A stretch of DNA of 64,000 nucleotides from NCBI GenBank assembly GCA_902800045.1, contig CADCCZ010000001.1:537346-601345 (forward strand), read 5' to 3'. Shown in pieces: positions 10,483 through 20,674 of the stretch. The DNA comes from an uncultured Bacteroidia bacterium (GTDB taxonomy: Bacteria > Bacteroidota > Bacteroidia > Bacteroidales > ML635J-15). The position numbers and the translations under genes were made by a program. The stretch's first letter is position 1; each line of letters starts with the position of its first letter. A model generated the notes under the pieces. It had not been told where the DNA came from and searched no databases. It saw only the letters and a list, made by a program, of their open reading frames with translations.

Positions 10483-11139
10483 ATGAAGTTTTTTATTGAT
10501 ACTGCGAATTTGGAGCAGATAAAGGAAGCTCAGGCATTGGGCGTTCTCGATGGTGTAACTACTAATCCTTCGTTGATGGCAAAGGAAGGCATTGCCGGCA
10601 AGGAAAACATTATGAACCACTATCTTAAGATATGTGAAATAGTTGACGGTGATGTAAGTGCAGAGGTTATTTCTACCGACTACGAAGGTATAATCCGCGA
10701 AGGTGAAGAGCTCGCAGCTTTGCATCCGCAGATTGTTGTCAAGGTTCCTATTATCAAGGACGGCATCAAGGCTATCAAGTATTTCTCGTCGAAGGGAATC
10801 CGTACAAACTGCACATTGGTGTTCAGCGTAGGACAGGCATTGTTGGCTGCTAAAGCTGGTGCAACCTACGTTTCTCCGTTCATTGGTCGTCTCGACGACA
10901 ACTGCACCGACGGCTTGCAGCTCATCGGCGACATTGTTGACATGTACCAGCGCTACGGATTTAAGACTCAGGTTCTTGCCGCTTCTATCCGTCACACAAT
11001 GCACATCATCGGCAGTATGCAGATGGGTGCCGACGTGGCAACTTGTCCGCTCAATGCAATTCTCGGTCTTTTGAAGCACCCGCTTACCGATGCTGGTCTT
11101 CAGAAGTTCCTCGAAGACTATCACAAACTGAACAAGTAA
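10483..11139 (+). CDS. fsa: fructose-6-phosphate aldolase / transaldolase (TalC-Fsa family)
   Basis: The [16 protein letters not shown]...GVTTNPSL N-terminus and 218-aa length are typical of the short transaldolase/Fsa family. Confidence 0.88.
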   Translation: MKFFIDTANLEQIKEAQALGVLDGVTTNPSLMAKEGIAGKENIMNHYLKICEIVDGDVSAEVISTDYEGIIREGEELAALHPQIVVKVPIIKDGIKAIKYFSSKGIRTNCTLVFSVGQALLAAKAGATYVSPFIGRLDDNCTDGLQLIGDIVDMYQRYGFKTQVLAASIRHTMHIIGSMQMGADVATCPLNAILGLLKHPLTDAGLQKFLEDYHKLNK

Positions 11140-11760
11140 ATGTCAGTTCTCATAAGAATACATCCCGACAACCCTGCCGAACGTACCGTGAGACAGGCTG
11201 TCGAGATTTTGCAAAAGGGTGGGGTGATAATTTATCCTACCGATACTGTTTACGGACTTGGTTGTGATATAACAAAGCCCAAAGCAGTGGAACGCGTCGC
11301 TCAGCTTAAAGGAATAAAGGTCGAAAAATCCAATTTCTCGTTCATCTGCGAAAATTTGAGCCATCTTTCCGACTATACTAAGCCTATCGACAATTCCATT
11401 TTCAAGATGATGAAGCGAAATCTGCCAGGACCGTTCACATTTATTCTCGAGGCAAACAACAATGTCCCAAAGATTTTAAAGCAGAACAGAAAAACTGTCG
11501 GTATTCGTGTTCCCGACAACAAAATCATAATAGAAATTGTGCGGATGCTTGGGAATCCGATACTTACAACGTCGTTGCGTATCGACGACGACATTGTTGA
11601 ATATCCCACCGACCCAGAACTCATTTACGAGGACTATAAGAATCGTGTAGATGCTGTAATCGACGGTGGTTCGGGCGGTTTGTATGCTTCTACGGTGATC
11701 GATTGTACGGGTGATGAGCCCGAAATAGTCAGGATGGGAAGCGTTGAGCCTGATTTATAA
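11140..11760 (+). CDS. tsaC: L-threonylcarbamoyladenylate synthase (YrdC/TsaC family)
   Basis: It shows YrdC-domain signatures (IIYPTDTVYGLGCD, LKGIKVEKSNFSFI, PGPFTFIL, VGIRVPD) at 206 aa. Confidence 0.85.
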   Translation: MSVLIRIHPDNPAERTVRQAVEILQKGGVIIYPTDTVYGLGCDITKPKAVERVAQLKGIKVEKSNFSFICENLSHLSDYTKPIDNSIFKMMKRNLPGPFTFILEANNNVPKILKQNRKTVGIRVPDNKIIIEIVRMLGNPILTTSLRIDDDIVEYPTDPELIYEDYKNRVDAVIDGGSGGLYASTVIDCTGDEPEIVRMGSVEPDL

Positions 11761-11830
11761 AGTTTTTGTTAAAAAATTTAACACGCGTTAAATATTTTTA
11801 TTAACTTTGTCAAAACTAAATAATGTTAGT

Positions 11831-14800
11831 ATGATGAGAAATTTTATCAAATTGTTATTGGCGGTTGTGGTCATGTTTGCCTCAACGGCAAGAGTAATGG
11901 CAGAAGCCGAAGATATTGTAGTAACTACAAGCGGTCGTGAGGTTAATCTTTGCGCAGGTGATGGCCAGCAACTGAAGGTTTATGTGGTTGATACCCTTGG
12001 CGAAATAACAGATTTTCGTTATCAGTGGTATTATAGTTCCAGCAGTGCGATATTGCCTAACCAATCGGGTTGGACCGAAATGGATGGGGATACTACTGAT
12101 GTCTTAGCATTGTCTAATGTTTCGGTTAATGCGACATTAGGAAATGCTGGCTATTATTTTTGCAGAGTCTTTTACGGATATAATTATTTGAGTTCAATAA
12201 ATTCAGAACGAATTCAAGTAAAGGTCGTCTCTGCAGCACCAACAGTTGGTTCAATTTCTCTTGCAACTGAAAATACGGTATGCGAAGGTGCTCCTATAAA
12301 TATTCAAGCCAACAACATTGTTGGACATCAGTCGAGAGTATGGTATCATGGCGATGAAGCGGTTGCGTACGGTGCTTCTTATTATATAGCATCGGCAGCT
12401 CCATCTCAATCTGGCAATTATAGGTTTGTCGCAACAAATGCTTGTGGCTCGACAGAGGTCACGGGCTCGTTGAATGTAGTGGAACTTCCGCGCATTGTTA
12501 CACAGCCTCGTTCTGCTGGTATATGCGAAGGCGAAGACTTACATTTTGTAGTAGAAGCTACGGGAAGCAACTTGCAATATCAGTGGTGCTACAACAACGA
12601 TCCTTATTCGGCAGCAAATGGTTCCGATACTAACGATACTCTTACAATAGCTCAGGCAGAACACGATCCAACTACATACGCAAGTACTTTCTCTGTTCAA
12701 GTTTCCAATTCTTGTGCAACTGTTACTTCTATACGTGTAGGTACGATAATCAGTGAAATGCCTAATGTCGTTGGTAATCCTGTATCGGGAACATATTGCG
12801 GTGGTACCGAGGTGACACTTACTGCCGATGCAACAACATCTTACCCGATGGACACATTAACTTATCAGTGGTTTCATAACGGACAAATTGTTGAAGGTGC
12901 TACCACTGATATGATAACTTTTGCAATGGACTCGGCTCATGTCGGTGAATTTTATTGCAGATTTACAAATGGATGCGGTTCTGTTACAAGTACATCAGCT
13001 TCATTATTAGTAAAGATGCCTCCAGTAGTTGAAAATCAACCAATGGAAACGTCTGTTTGTGAGGGCGATGCTACTCAGTTGTTCTCGAAAATCGTAGGTG
13101 AAGATCCTATCAATTATACTTGGTTGAAGGACAATGGTGATGATCCTACTTTTACAGATATTACCATGCAGAATGTATCGGGTGTCCACACAAATACGCT
13201 TGTAATAAATCCTGCAAGCGAGATACATGAGCATTTTTATTTCTGCTATGCTTCGAATGAATGCGGTTCGGTTCGTACCGACACTGTATTTGTTAATGTA
13301 AACCAGCACATAACTGTATATCCTTCGTTGCCATCATCGTTTATCGCATGTTCTGGTGCTGATACTTCGTTAAGTGTTATCAATAATATTTACGAAGGTT
13401 CGTTGTCACTTGATGCCGATGAGTTTGACGATGCAGGTGTTACTTTTGCATGGCACCGTCAGGGTAGCTCCGAAATCATTTCTGCAGAACCAGTATTGCA
13501 TTTTGCAAGTTTGCAGGATAGCGACAACGGATATTATGTATGTGATGTTACAAATTCTTGCGGAACAACAACCGAAGGACCTATTTTCGTAAGTGTTCTC
13601 GATTCTCCTGTAATTACCGTTCAGCCGCAAGACATCGATGTTTGTACAGGCGGTCCAGCATTTACGATTTCGCTTACCGCCGAAGGCGATAACCTTAGAT
13701 ATTCGTGGTATCGTGACGGTGTTTATATTGGAAACAATGCTCCATCGTACACTGCACCAACAGTTGCACCCGAATATGGTGGACTTTACAATTGTGTTGT
13801 AGCATCAGAACTTGGCTGCCCCACAGCTTATTCCGATACCATTGTTGTAAGCGTAGGAACAACACCAGCAATTACATGGCAGCCTACTCCTGCAGTAATG
13901 GCAATCTGCGAAGGGTCTGAATATGCTCTTCGAATGAGAGCTTCAGGCGACGGTATCCACTATCAGTGGTACAACAACGGTGTTGCAATACCTGGACAAA
14001 CTACCGATTCGTTGCATATCGCTCATGTAACAAGAAACAATAGCGGCGATTTCTACTGCATTGTATCCAATGCATGTGCCGATATTCAGACAGAACATGC
14101 TCATCTTACTGTAAACAATGCTCCTGATATGACTTTAGGCCCAGATATCCATGCTTGCCGTGGTGAGTCGGTTGTTCTCCAACCTCAGGGCGATGCCGAA
14201 TATGCTCATTATTCATGGAATCATGGAACATTTGGCTATCAGCCAATGCTGACAGTTACACTTGGTGGTACATATTTCCTCGAAGTTTCAGACTCGGCTC
14301 ATGGTAACTGCGTAGCCCGCGATACAGTAAGAGTTGTATATCACGACTATTTCAACATTGCATTCGATTCAACTCCAATTGTTACTTGTGGCGAGTTTGT
14401 TCTTGATGCAGGTGCAGGTGCCGCCGAATACCAGTGGAGTACAACCGATATTACAAATTCTATAACAGTCGGAATGAATGGCTATTATATGGTAACTGTC
14501 GATGGCGACGGATACGGATGTACAACTTCTGCGGGTGTTAATGTAACTATCGGTGAAGCAATCGAAATAAATCTTGGTGACGATATTACAATTTCTGAAG
14601 ATTCGATTGTAGAAATTGGCGTTCCTGCAATATTCCAGTCGTATATGTGGAATACTGGCTATAATGGACCGAAGTTGACGGTTGCAGGTAGCGAATATGG
14701 TATAGGTTTGCATACTTTCTGGATTGAAGTTTCGAATGGTATGTGTACAGCAAGCGATACGCTTACTATCAATTTCCTCGAAGCAGGAATCGAAGAGGAG

Positions 14801-15043
14801 ACAATTCCATCTTTGAGTGTATATCCAAATCCAGCCAACGACCATGTTAACATAGTTTCTTCTAACGGAGCGATGTCACAAATTCAGATATTCGATATCA
14901 TGGGCCGTTTGGTAAAGACCGAAGTCGTTGATTCCGAATTTGTCACTATGGATGTCGCTTCGATGGTTGATGCTACATATTTTGTAAGAATAGTTTATCG
15001 CGATGGTAATTCAAGCGTAAGCAAGCTTATAATAAATAGGTAA
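11831..15043 (+). CDS. large secreted Ig-like-repeat protein with T9SS C-terminal sorting domain
   Basis: A signal peptide (MMRNFIKLLLAVVVMFASTARVMA) is followed by at least 7 tandem ~90-aa modules. Each module has C-x-G...(Y/F)xW...G-x-Y-x-C-x-V-x-N-x-CG. The C-terminus LSVYPNPANDHVNIVS...YFVRIV is the T9SS type A CTD pattern. Confidence 0.8.
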   Translation: MMRNFIKLLLAVVVMFASTARVMAEAEDIVVTTSGREVNLCAGDGQQLKVYVVDTLGEITDFRYQWYYSSSSAILPNQSGWTEMDGDTTDVLALSNVSVNATLGNAGYYFCRVFYGYNYLSSINSERIQVKVVSAAPTVGSISLATENTVCEGAPINIQANNIVGHQSRVWYHGDEAVAYGASYYIASAAPSQSGNYRFVATNACGSTEVTGSLNVVELPRIVTQPRSAGICEGEDLHFVVEATGSNLQYQWCYNNDPYSAANGSDTNDTLTIAQAEHDPTTYASTFSVQVSNSCATVTSIRVGTIISEMPNVVGNPVSGTYCGGTEVTLTADATTSYPMDTLTYQWFHNGQIVEGATTDMITFAMDSAHVGEFYCRFTNGCGSVTSTSASLLVKMPPVVENQPMETSVCEGDATQLFSKIVGEDPINYTWLKDNGDDPTFTDITMQNVSGVHTNTLVINPASEIHEHFYFCYASNECGSVRTDTVFVNVNQHITVYPSLPSSFIACSGADTSLSVINNIYEGSLSLDADEFDDAGVTFAWHRQGSSEIISAEPVLHFASLQDSDNGYYVCDVTNSCGTTTEGPIFVSVLDSPVITVQPQDIDVCTGGPAFTISLTAEGDNLRYSWYRDGVYIGNNAPSYTAPTVAPEYGGLYNCVVASELGCPTAYSDTIVVSVGTTPAITWQPTPAVMAICEGSEYALRMRASGDGIHYQWYNNGVAIPGQTTDSLHIAHVTRNNSGDFYCIVSNACADIQTEHAHLTVNNAPDMTLGPDIHACRGESVVLQPQGDAEYAHYSWNHGTFGYQPMLTVTLGGTYFLEVSDSAHGNCVARDTVRVVYHDYFNIAFDSTPIVTCGEFVLDAGAGAAEYQWSTTDITNSITVGMNGYYMVTVDGDGYGCTTSAGVNVTIGEAIEINLGDDITISEDSIVEIGVPAIFQSYMWNTGYNGPKLTVAGSEYGIGLHTFWIEVSNGMCTASDTLTINFLEAGIEEETIPSLSVYPNPANDHVNIVSSNGAMSQIQIFDIMGRLVKTEVVDSEFVTMDVASMVDATYFVRIVYRDGNSSVSKLIINR

Positions 15044-15915
15044 TGAAGAATTCAAATATCAAGAATAAAATCAGAGGTGCTTACTTTACTTCGGTAGTAA
15101 GCATCTCGCTTGTTTTATTGCTGCTCGGTATTGTCGGCTTGTTGATGCTGAACGCCAAGCAGATGTCCGACTATGTAAAGGAGAACTTGTGCTTCTCTCT
15201 TATAATTAATAACGATGCTTCCGAACCGGATATCAAGCAGTTCCAAAAGACACTCGATACTCACGATTTTATCAAGTCGACCGAGTATATCACCAAGGAC
15301 GAGGCTGCAGAACAGCTGAAAGAGGATTTGGGCGAGGATTTTATCGAGACTTTGGGTTACAATCCATTGTCGCCGACGATAAATGTTTACTTGAACTCCG
15401 ATTATGCAAGCCCAGACAGTATTGCAAAGCTCGAAAGTTTCTTCATGTCGAAGTCGGATATTGTGAACGAAGTTTCGTATCAGCAGAACCTTGTGAACCT
15501 TATCAATGATAATATAAATAAGGTAAGTATCGTCTTGCTGGTTTTGAGCGCATTGTTCTTCCTTATTTCGTTCGCATTGCTCAACAATACGATTCGTCTG
15601 CAGATATATTCGAAGCGTTTTGTAATAAATACAATGAAACTCGTTGGAGCAAAGAAGAACTTTATACGTAGGCCTTTCATTGCTTCGGGAGCATTGCAGG
15701 GACTTGTAAGCTCGCTTATTGCAATAGCATTGCTGTATGGAATTATTTATTTTGCAAATGCTCAGCTTGGAAACATCATGGGTTCAATCGATCCGTGGAT
15801 AATTGCTCTGCTGTTTGTAGCTGTTGCTGTTATCGGAGTGTTGCTTTGTGTATTTGCGACATTGCTTTCGATTAACAAGTATTTGCGTTTGAAAACTATA
15901 AATCTGTATTACTAA
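15043..15915 (+). CDS. ftsX: cell division protein FtsX-like permease
   Basis: It has one N-terminal TM segment, a periplasmic domain and three C-terminal TM segments, with the FtsX-type motif (MKLVGAKKNFIRRPF), at 290 aa. Confidence 0.75.
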   Translation: MKNSNIKNKIRGAYFTSVVSISLVLLLLGIVGLLMLNAKQMSDYVKENLCFSLIINNDASEPDIKQFQKTLDTHDFIKSTEYITKDEAAEQLKEDLGEDFIETLGYNPLSPTINVYLNSDYASPDSIAKLESFFMSKSDIVNEVSYQQNLVNLINDNINKVSIVLLVLSALFFLISFALLNNTIRLQIYSKRFVINTMKLVGAKKNFIRRPFIASGALQGLVSSLIAIALLYGIIYFANAQLGNIMGSIDPWIIALLFVAVAVIGVLLCVFATLLSINKYLRLKTINLYY

Positions 15916-15916
15916 T

Positions 15917-16261
15917 ATGATACGAAGAAAGGAAGAAGCCGAGGTTATATCGGTTGAAAAAGCGCAGGGTGGCAAAGGACATATTTTCAAGAATATGATG
16001 GTTAATGCCTCCGAAATGTACGGTAAGGGCCGTATGGTTGCTCGTATTGTGCTTCCGGCAGGAAGTAGCATTGGCGACCATGCTCATACCGACGATGCTG
16101 AACTGTATTATATTTTGAAAGGAGAAGCCGTTGTTACCGACAACGATAAGACCGAAGTGTTGCATGCTGGCGATGCTTTGTTTACCGGGAATGGCAACCG
16201 TCATAGCATAACAAATAATACCGATGAAGATGTCGAGTTTTTGGCTGTAATACTTGGTTAG
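15917..16261 (+). CDS. cupin domain protein
   Basis: This 114-aa protein has cupin motifs G-D-H-A-H-x(3)-E (SIGDHAHTDDAELYYIL) and G-x(5)-H-x-I-x-N. Confidence 0.7.
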   Translation: MIRRKEEAEVISVEKAQGGKGHIFKNMMVNASEMYGKGRMVARIVLPAGSSIGDHAHTDDAELYYILKGEAVVTDNDKTEVLHAGDALFTGNGNRHSITNNTDEDVEFLAVILG

Positions 16262-16316
16262 TGAACCCTTTAGCTCTGCTTAAGTTAAATTTAATAATCG
16301 TCAAAAAATCAAATAA

Positions 16317-16347
16317 CAAAAAAAGCGACCAAAAGTCGCTTTTTTTG
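16317..16347. terminator. bidirectional rho-independent terminator
   Basis: The sequence A8-AGCGAC-caaaa-GTCGCT-T7 lies between convergent genes. Confidence 0.75.
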
Positions 16348-16662
16348 TTAGAACATATTCAATTCTAGTTTTGCTTCTTCGCTTAGCATTTCGGTTGTCC
16401 AAGGTGGGTCGAAAACGAGGTTGATGTTTACAGCTTTTACGCCTTCGACTTGCTTTACGGCATCGCGAGTCCATATTAGCATATCTTCGGCCATTGGACA
16501 ATTGGGGGCAGTCATTGTCATATCTATTTCGACATCGTTGTTGTCGCTGATGTCGATACGGTATACAAGTCCTAGTTCGTAAATGTTTACATTTATTTCT
16601 GGGTCTTTTACTGTGCGCAATGCTGCAATTATGTCCTGTTGTAATTCGAGTCGAGTTTTCAT
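16348..16662 (-). CDS. DUF59/SufT-like Fe-S cluster assembly protein
   Basis: VKDPEINVNIYELGLVY...MTMTAPNCPMAE is the MIP18/DUF59 signature. The start is taken at the ATG at 16662, 4 nt after the sufE stop. Confidence 0.8.
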   Translation of the reverse strand: MKTRLELQQDIIAALRTVKDPEINVNIYELGLVYRIDISDNNDVEIDMTMTAPNCPMAEDMLIWTRDAVKQVEGVKAVNINLVFDPPWTTEMLSEEAKLELNMF

Positions 16663-16666
16663 CTGT

Positions 16667-17083
16667 TTACTTTTTTGAGTATGCCAAAGCATATATCTTT
16701 ATCTGTTTCACCATCGACAGGAGTCCGTTTGAGCGAGTGGGGGACAAGTGTTGCGTTAGACCAATCTTCTCTATGAAGTATAGGTCGGCATTGAGAATAT
16801 CCTCGGGTGTCTGGTTCGACATGACCTTAATTAGCAACGAAGCAATACCTTTTGTAATAATTGCGTCGCTGTCGGCGGTAAATACAATTTTGCCATCGAC
16901 GAATTCGGCGTTGAACCATACTTTCGACTGGCAGCCTTTTATCAGGTTGCTGTCGGTGCGGTGAGCCTCGTCGAATGCAGGAAGTTCGCCACCAAGCTCA
17001 ATGAGGTAGGCGTACTTGTCCATCCAATCCTCAAAGACGGAAAAATCTTCGATTATTCCGTCTTGAATTTCATTTATTGTCAT
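16667..17083 (-). CDS. sufE: SufE-family cysteine desulfuration protein
   Basis: The pattern W..KY.YLIELG.....D.....D.N.I.GCQSKVW includes the conserved Cys of SufE/CsdE, at 138 aa. Confidence 0.85.
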   Translation of the reverse strand: MTINEIQDGIIEDFSVFEDWMDKYAYLIELGGELPAFDEAHRTDSNLIKGCQSKVWFNAEFVDGKIVFTADSDAIITKGIASLLIKVMSNQTPEDILNADLYFIEKIGLTQHLSPTRSNGLLSMVKQIKIYALAYSKK

Positions 17084-17090
17084 TTTCGGA

Positions 17091-17405
17091 CTATAATATA
17101 GCTTCGAGTTTTTCGATTAACTGTGATTCTGGAACAGCACCGACAACGCGGTCAACAACCTTACCGTCCTTCAAGTAGATAACTGTAGGCACGTTTCTAA
17201 TACCGAACTTCATTGGCAGGTCGCCAGCTTCGTCGATATCAACCTTAGCAACGATTGCTTTTCCTTCGTAAGTGTTGCCCATTTTTTCGATATATGGTTT
17301 GATAACCTGGCATGGTCCGCACCAAGTTGCACCGAAATCCAATACTACTGGCAAATTAGTCTTGCCAATAACTTCATCATAGTTCTGTTCTGTAATTTCT
17401 AACAT
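17091..17405 (-). CDS. trxA: thioredoxin
   Basis: The WCGPC active site sits in a 104-aa thioredoxin fold (VLDFGATWCGPCQVIKP). Confidence 0.92.
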   Translation of the reverse strand: MLEITEQNYDEVIGKTNLPVVLDFGATWCGPCQVIKPYIEKMGNTYEGKAIVAKVDIDEAGDLPMKFGIRNVPTVIYLKDGKVVDRVVGAVPESQLIEKLEAIL

Positions 17406-17540
17406 AGTCGTATTATTTTATTGATGCAAATTTATGTTTATTATTGGCATTTTCAATTCTTGAGGCTACAATATTTTTTAACATTGTAATGAATAGCTGT
17501 TAATATCAACTTTGTCAAAAGGTTGGCTGGAATAATGGGC

Positions 17541-17571
17541 AAATAAAAAAGGCAACGAACAAGTCGCTGCC
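17541..17571 (-). terminator. terminator of the rpsF-rpsR-rplI operon
   Basis: The minus strand has a GGCAGCGA-cttgt-TCGTTGCC hairpin with one mismatch, followed by TTTTTTATTT, 25 nt after the rplI stop. Confidence 0.65.
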
Positions 17572-17595
17572 TTTTTCGAATTTTTATGAAAAAAA

Positions 17596-18048
17596 TTATT
17601 CTGCTTCGGTGATAACGTTGAAGCTGAAGTTAGCCTTGATGTTCTTGTAAAGGCGAACAGCGGCATTGTACTTACCAACTTCCTTAATCGACTTGTCCTT
17701 CATGAGGATGTTCTTGCGGTCGATTTCGAATCCCTTTGCTGCGAGAGCTTCAGCAAGCATGATGGTGTTGATAGAACCGAATATCTTACCAGTTGAAGAA
17801 GTCTTGGTAGCGATAGTGAGTTCGAGTCCTTCCATCTTAGCTGCGAGAGCTTCAGCTTCTTCGCGGAGCTTAGCTTCCTTGTGTGCTCTTTGCTTCATGT
17901 TTTCTGCATGAATCTTCTTTGCAGTTTCGGTAGCAAGGATAGCATAACCTTGAGGAATGAGATAGTTTCTTCCGTATCCAGGTTTTACATTAACTATTTC
18001 GTCTCTGTGACCTAAGTTTTCTACGTCTTGTTTCAGTATGATTTCCAT
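17596..18048 (-). CDS. rplI: 50S ribosomal protein L9
   Basis: The N-terminus MEIILKQDVENLGHRDEIVNVKPGYGRNYLIPQG is the L9 signature. Confidence 0.95.
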   Translation of the reverse strand: MEIILKQDVENLGHRDEIVNVKPGYGRNYLIPQGYAILATETAKKIHAENMKQRAHKEAKLREEAEALAAKMEGLELTIATKTSSTGKIFGSINTIMLAEALAAKGFEIDRKNILMKDKSIKEVGKYNAAVRLYKNIKANFSFNVITEAE

Positions 18049-18065
18049 TTCAATTCCTCCTTTAA

Positions 18066-18335
18066 TTATTTCATCATGTCGGTTACGTATGGCAACAATG
18101 CAAGGTGTCTAGCTCTCTTAACTGCCTGAGCAACTTTGCGGTGGTACTTCAACGAAGTTCCGGTCAAACGTCTCGGCAATATCTTACCCTGTTCGTTCAA
18201 GAATTTCTTGAGGAACTGAGGATCCTTGTAGTCAACATATTTGATGCGGCTTCTGAGGAAGCGGCAATATTTTTTCTTCTTTACTTCAACTGCCAATGGA
18301 GTCAAGTATCTGATTTCTGAATTGTTCTGTGCCAT
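18066..18335 (-). CDS. rpsR: 30S ribosomal protein S18
   Basis: KKYCRF...[29 protein letters not shown] matches the S18 pattern. Confidence 0.95.
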   Translation of the reverse strand: MAQNNSEIRYLTPLAVEVKKKKYCRFLRSRIKYVDYKDPQFLKKFLNEQGKILPRRLTGTSLKYHRKVAQAVKRARHLALLPYVTDMMK

Positions 18336-18337
18336 AA

Positions 18338-18685
18338 TTATTCCTCCACCTTTTTAGTTTCCTGTTCTCTTCTCTTCTTCTCGCTGTAAGCTACTGCGTG
18401 CTTGTCCATCTTGAAGGTAAGGAAGCGCATAATCTTTTCATCACGTCTGTACTCGGTTTCGAGCTTGTTGATGAATGCACCTTCTGCCTTGAATTCGAAC
18501 AAGTGGTAGAAGCCTGTAGTTTTCTTCTGGATCGGGTATGCCATTTTTCTAAGACCCCAGTCCTCTTCGTGTACCAACTCACCATTATCGGTGATGTACT
18601 TCTTGAATTTTTCAACCGTTTCCTTCATCTGTGGCTCAGACAAAACGGGAGTTGCAATGAAAACGGTTTCGTACTGATTAATCAT
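18338..18685 (-). CDS. rpsF: 30S ribosomal protein S6
   Basis: YETVFI...[18 protein letters not shown] is the S6 signature, and the gene is first in the S6-S18-L9 operon. Confidence 0.93.
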   Translation of the reverse strand: MINQYETVFIATPVLSEPQMKETVEKFKKYITDNGELVHEEDWGLRKMAYPIQKKTTGFYHLFEFKAEGAFINKLETEYRRDEKIMRFLTFKMDKHAVAYSEKKRREQETKKVEE

Positions 18686-18740
18686 AATCTTTAAAAATCA
18701 ATTTGTTAATAAATAAAATACTTTAAAATTTTTGCGAGTG

Positions 18741-18748
18741 CAAAGGTA
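18741..18748 (-). promoter_or_regulatory. -7 promoter box (TACCTTTG) of the rpsF operon
   Basis: The minus strand reads TACCTTTG about 55 nt upstream of the rpsF ATG. Confidence 0.5.
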
Positions 18749-18855
18749 CGACTTATTTTTGAATTGACGAAATATTCTTTCGCTTTTTTTGCGAAAAAGT
18801 TTTTGTGAGAAAAATGTTGGCAAACCGTTAGCTATGAATTTTTACATTCTGCCAC

Positions 18856-19914
18856 CTACATGAACAGCGCCATAGCATAGTACGCAATCATACCTATTGC
18901 AGCACTTATAGGAATCGTGATAATCCAAGCTACAATCAGTTCAAGTGTAACACCCCAGCGTACTGCCGAAAGTCGCTTTATTGATCCTACGCCCATGATG
19001 CTTCCCGAAATTACATGCGTGGTGCTTACCGGTACTCCCAAATGTTGTGTTATGAAAAGGGTTATTGCTCCTGCTGTCTGCGAGCAGAATCCCTCAACTG
19101 GAGTTATCTTTGTAATGCGGTTGCCCATTGTCTTTATTATCTTCCATCCGCCCGACATTGTGCCTATTGCTATTGCAGTTATGCAGGCAATTGGAATCCA
19201 ACTTGGCGCACCTGTGAGGTTTGCGCTTGTGCCAGCATTGGTTATGGTGTCGGGCAAAAGCCATTCGTTAAGCCCCTCGAAACCAAACTGTGTGCCGTAG
19301 GCTACCATTGCACAGGCGATAAGACCGATTTCCTTCTGCGAATCGTTGAGTCCGTGTCCGATACTAAGGCAGGCCGACGACAGCAACTGAAGTCGCTTGA
19401 ACCATTTGTCGGCTTTGTGTGGCTTGGCTTTTCTTGCAATCCAATATAATAGTATTGTAATAAGGTTGCCGGCAATGAATCCGATAAGCGGTGCAAAGAA
19501 TATGAACATGGCAATATAGCCAACAGTTGACCAGTGTACTGCGTCCCAGCCTTTTGCGGCTATGGCTGCGCCTGTAAGTCCCCCGATAAGAGTGTGCGAC
19601 GAACTAGACGGTATGCCTTTCCACCATGTTATAAGGCTCCATGTTATTGCGGCAATAAGTCCGGCTATTAGCAACGGCAGTGTTACCGATGCTTCTTCAA
19701 CAGTCTTTTGTACTGTATTGGCGATGTTGAATCCTAATATGTATTCGGCAATGAAGAACGCCACAAAGTTGAAGAATGCCGACCATATTACAGCTTGTGT
19801 GGGTGATAGTACTCTTGTCGAAACTACGGTCGCTATTGAGTTGGCGGCATCGTGGAAGCCGTTTATGAAGTCGAAGATGATTGCAAGTACTATAATCGTA
19901 ATCAGAAAACCCAT
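18856..19914 (-). CDS. inorganic phosphate transporter, PiT family
   Basis: FDFINGFHDAANSIATVV at the N-terminus and a repeated GLNDSQK/GSIMG half are PHO4/PiT hallmarks in a multi-TM protein of 352 aa. Confidence 0.88.
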   Translation of the reverse strand: MGFLITIIVLAIIFDFINGFHDAANSIATVVSTRVLSPTQAVIWSAFFNFVAFFIAEYILGFNIANTVQKTVEEASVTLPLLIAGLIAAITWSLITWWKGIPSSSSHTLIGGLTGAAIAAKGWDAVHWSTVGYIAMFIFFAPLIGFIAGNLITILLYWIARKAKPHKADKWFKRLQLLSSACLSIGHGLNDSQKEIGLIACAMVAYGTQFGFEGLNEWLLPDTITNAGTSANLTGAPSWIPIACITAIAIGTMSGGWKIIKTMGNRITKITPVEGFCSQTAGAITLFITQHLGVPVSTTHVISGSIMGVGSIKRLSAVRWGVTLELIVAWIITIPISAAIGMIAYYAMALFM

Positions 19915-19915
19915 A

Positions 19916-20566
19916 TTATGCGTATTTTACGATTATGGTCTTGATGATTTTGCCTACGTGCTTTGCCATGTCGGTTGTGCGCTCCATGTGCTGAACGATT
20001 TCCTTGTTCTTGATGATTTCCTTTGTGTCTGTTTCTTCCTCGAAGAGTTTCTTTACAAAGTTTTCGTATATCTCATCGGCTTCCTGTTCAAGGTCGTGGA
20101 GCAATTCGCATTGCTTGAGTGCCAGTTCGGGGTTTTTGTTTATTGTCTTGAGTTCGTGCAGCGAAATGTTGATGGCGTCGCAGCATTCACTGATAATTTC
20201 AGTCATTCTGACCGAAACTTCGGGAATGTGCTTTGGCCTGAATAGCAATATTCGCTTCGATGTGGAATTTATGAAGTCGAGCGTATCGTCAACGGTTTCG
20301 CACAAGCTGTGTATATCTTCCCTGTCGAAAGGTGTGATGAATGATTTGTTCAGTTCTTCGTATATGATGGCAATCTGTTCGTCCGACTCCTTTTCGCATT
20401 CCTTTATTGTCTTGTAGTCGTTTTCCATTTCTTCAAAGGTGGGGTTTTTTATCAGATTTGCCTGTTCCTTTGCTGCTTTTGCAAGTAACTCTCCAATTTT
20501 GTTAATCATTGGAAAGAACTTGTTTTCCTTTGGTTTCAGTGGTGAAAAAATAGAATTAATAGACAT
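19916..20566 (-). CDS. DUF47 / PhoU-like phosphate transport regulator
   Basis: This 216-aa helical protein ends 1 nt upstream of the PiT gene, the usual DUF47-PiT pairing. It carries motifs ITPFDREDI and ADEIYE. Confidence 0.75.
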   Translation of the reverse strand: MSINSIFSPLKPKENKFFPMINKIGELLAKAAKEQANLIKNPTFEEMENDYKTIKECEKESDEQIAIIYEELNKSFITPFDREDIHSLCETVDDTLDFINSTSKRILLFRPKHIPEVSVRMTEIISECCDAINISLHELKTINKNPELALKQCELLHDLEQEADEIYENFVKKLFEEETDTKEIIKNKEIVQHMERTTDMAKHVGKIIKTIIVKYA

Positions 20567-20674
20567 TTTCCTTTAAAATTTTGTGGTGCAAAAGTATTTT
20601 TTTCTTGCGTATCATGCAAAACCAATTTATCAATACCTGTTAATATCTTATTGCATGATTTTGTCCAAATTAGC

